This document shows, in pieces, positions 63,701 to 64,000 of a stretch of 64,000 bases of DNA (positions are counted from its first letter, which is position 1; every line of letters begins with the position of its first letter). The translations under genes and the position numbers were made by a program. The notes under the pieces are model-generated. The model ran no database searches, was not told where the DNA came from, and saw only the letters and a program-made list of their open reading frames with translations. Origin of the DNA: Mytilus californianus (lineage: Eukaryota); the NCBI RefSeq assembly GCF_021869535.1, contig NW_026262668.1:127162001-127226000 (forward strand), in the 5' to 3' direction.

Positions 63701-64000
63701 CTAACAACAAACCAATAAAAGTACTATAGTTGTTATGTGAAATAGTAACTCAGATTCGTCAGACCAGCACACCTGCCTTTTTGTGGACTGGTTTAATGCT
63801 ATTGTACAGTTAATAACTAATTTATTATTGATGTGTAATATAAGGCACATAACCAAAGGTATGATAAAAGATTTAAGTGTTATACTATTTTGCAGAATCG
63901 TATAACAAAGCAGCTGTGATTGTCCCTATTGTACTGTTTCTACTGCTAATTGTTGGCCTTGTTGGTAGTTGGGTATATTACGCTTATACACATCCAAATA
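45666..64000 (+). CDS. PLXDC2: Gene B: second PLXDC/TEM7-family paralogue (signal peptide, furin site, repeat/mucin region, NIDO-like domain, PSI, Thr stalk, TM); runs off the window end
   Basis: 13 exons with AG/GT ends and consistent phases give at least 685 codons. Motifs include PFYGH, TTGGFIYM, SQYVAPLMANFD, VIEWRNVHL, FRFQAKL, HPVKLGISDAF, RRIYKYH, a PSI domain and a TM helix. The symbol is family-level. Confidence 0.92.
47119..47735 (+). CDS. Gene B exon 2: RREKR furin site, 11-aa N-sequon repeats and Thr-rich region
   Basis: tttgtag|aa...aag|gtttgt; 617 nt, phase 1-0; contains ORF 47208.. Confidence 0.85.
48130..48830 (-). pseudogene. Highly degenerate Penelope-like RT relic
   Basis: - strand fragments resembling IP.G..PL.. 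and YC.ESQF...KP.K, plus a degenerate tail like that of the 11711 element. Confidence 0.4.
50870..50995 (+). CDS. Gene B exon 3 QSNTYQYYNSTVIHDGNGVYWHELENHTTHVVLSDAKYLSSA
   Basis: ttttcag|caa...gcg|gtaaat; 126 nt, phase 0-0; resembles the PLXDC YY.S...W...H..LS segment. Confidence 0.82.
51703..51772 (+). CDS. Gene B exon 4 GLNLPFIMPFYGHNISKVQLTTG(G)
   Basis: ttacag|ggt...g|gtacgt; PFYGH motif; 70 nt. Confidence 0.9.
52153..52272 (+). CDS. Gene B exon 5 GFIYMAPFVHKFLTYSQYVAPLMANFDTQTDNSDILYKKY(N)
   Basis: ttgtag|gg...a|gtgagt; QYVAPLMANF hallmark; 120 nt. Confidence 0.93.
52800..52853 (+). CDS. Gene B exon 6 (N)DSVVIEWRNVHLNDQRY(H)
   Basis: ttttcag|a...c|gtaagt; 54 nt, phase 1-1. Confidence 0.88.
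54011..55222 (-). mobile_element. HINE-like family B element in gene B intron
   Basis: reversed 3' end aacaagaggctctcaagagc...gctcacc; (gac)n; reversed 5' end ggtgagctaaaa. Confidence 0.7.
55787..55851 (+). CDS. Gene B exon 7 GQFRFQAKLFQNGSIMLVYKT
   Basis: ttgcag|at...acg|gtaagt; 65 nt, phase 1-0. Confidence 0.9.
55952..55997 (-). ncRNA. Degenerate minimal type I hammerhead ribozyme (Penelope-type)
   Basis: - strand gcgttc-CUGAUGA-aggucaguaaaucca-GAAA-agagcuu-C-gaccga; core boxes intact, stem I with 2 mismatches, near-palindromic stem III. Confidence 0.5.
56414..56504 (+). CDS. Gene B exon 8 IPAPVMNISTDNHPVKLGISDAFYMDYTQN(G)
   Basis: gtttag|att...g|gtgagt; HPVK.G.SDAF motif; 91 nt. Confidence 0.92.
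56964..57203. mobile_element. Possible small degenerate TIR element
   Basis: tcagtggtgtagcggcaa ... ttgccgctctactga. Confidence 0.35.
57503..57598 (+). CDS. Gene B exon 9 GVRYRRIYKYHAVDIEKSLITNNTVVIFHPLP(T)
   Basis: ttttcag|ga...a|gtatga; 96 nt; homologous to gene A exon 508-603. Confidence 0.9.
59042..59184 (+). CDS. Gene B exon 10, PSI domain CNLATSCDHCVSRVIDFDCSWCPSVRRCSNGYDWHRQEWSESECWEK
   Basis: atttaag|ca...aaa|gtatgt; 143 nt; homologous to gene A exon 6089-6231. Confidence 0.93.
59461..59738. repeat. 47-bp tandem repeat (6 copies)
   Basis: aataatccaaggttatgtccggcccacatgtcttttgacggtagcta; period measured at 59461/59508. Confidence 0.92.
60381..60875 (+). CDS. Gene B exon 11, long Thr/Pro/Ser mucin-like stalk (165 aa)
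   Basis: ttctag|gct...tcg|gtaagg; open frame, phase 0-0; starts AGNTTDICK, like gene A ASEKCAK. Confidence 0.85.
61075..61987 (+). mobile_element. HINE-like family D element with duplicated core
   Basis: 5' ggggcattaag, repeated tttgcctc(g/a)accaaatgttatg core, 3' gcgggggcatc plus tgttccatggaca hairpin. Confidence 0.5.
62810..63122 (+). mobile_element. SINE-like interspersed repeat (3' part)
   Basis: cctgtcctaagtcaggaacc...gtgagccaaggctccgtgttgaag...ttgtctcataggcactcataccacatcttcttatatctat; tail fragments also at ~37255-37350 (+), ~14945-14995 (-) and ~39045-39130 (-). Confidence 0.55.
63144..63162 (+). CDS. Gene B candidate 19-nt microexon ESDTDT(E)
   Basis: ttttatttcatcag|gag...g|gtgtgc; supplies the phase 0-1 shift needed between exon 11 and the TM exon; weak donor. 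Confidence 0.5.
63896..64000 (+). CDS. Gene B transmembrane exon (partial) SYNKAAVIVPIVLFLLLIVGLVGSWVYYAYTHPN
   Basis: ttttgcag|aa; hydrophobic helix then YAYTHP, matching gene A YAYRNP. Confidence 0.88.

Overview
Very AT-rich eukaryotic animal DNA, not prokaryotic. The repeat families look like those of a bivalve mollusc, Mytilus-like (inference, no database search). Two intron-containing plexin-domain-containing (PLXDC/TEM7-family) paralogues lie in tandem on the + strand. The 3' part of gene A has 6 coding exons (508-17090). Most of gene B is present, with 13 coding exons (45666 to window end); its exon phases join into one open frame of at least 685 aa. The 28.5-kb spacer and the introns are packed with mobile DNA. 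This includes a truncated Ngaro-like tyrosine-recombinase retrotransposon (gag, RT-RNaseH, YR; - strand) nested in a stack of Helentron-associated (HINE-like) elements, several TIR MITEs, Penelope-like relics (RT, GIY-YIG, a degenerate hammerhead ribozyme) and many tandem arrays (34, 35, 38, 41, 47, 51, 58, 86, 126 and 161 bp). The most notable points are an in-frame UGA-CUA junction between gag and RT and a ~100-nt cloverleaf in the 3' non-coding region of the retroelement, an N-glycan sequon repeat array behind a furin site in PLXDC gene B, and intronic repeats copied from splice-acceptor/exon starts. Most long ORFs in the supplied track are repeat artefacts. No rRNA, tRNA or CRISPR is supported.
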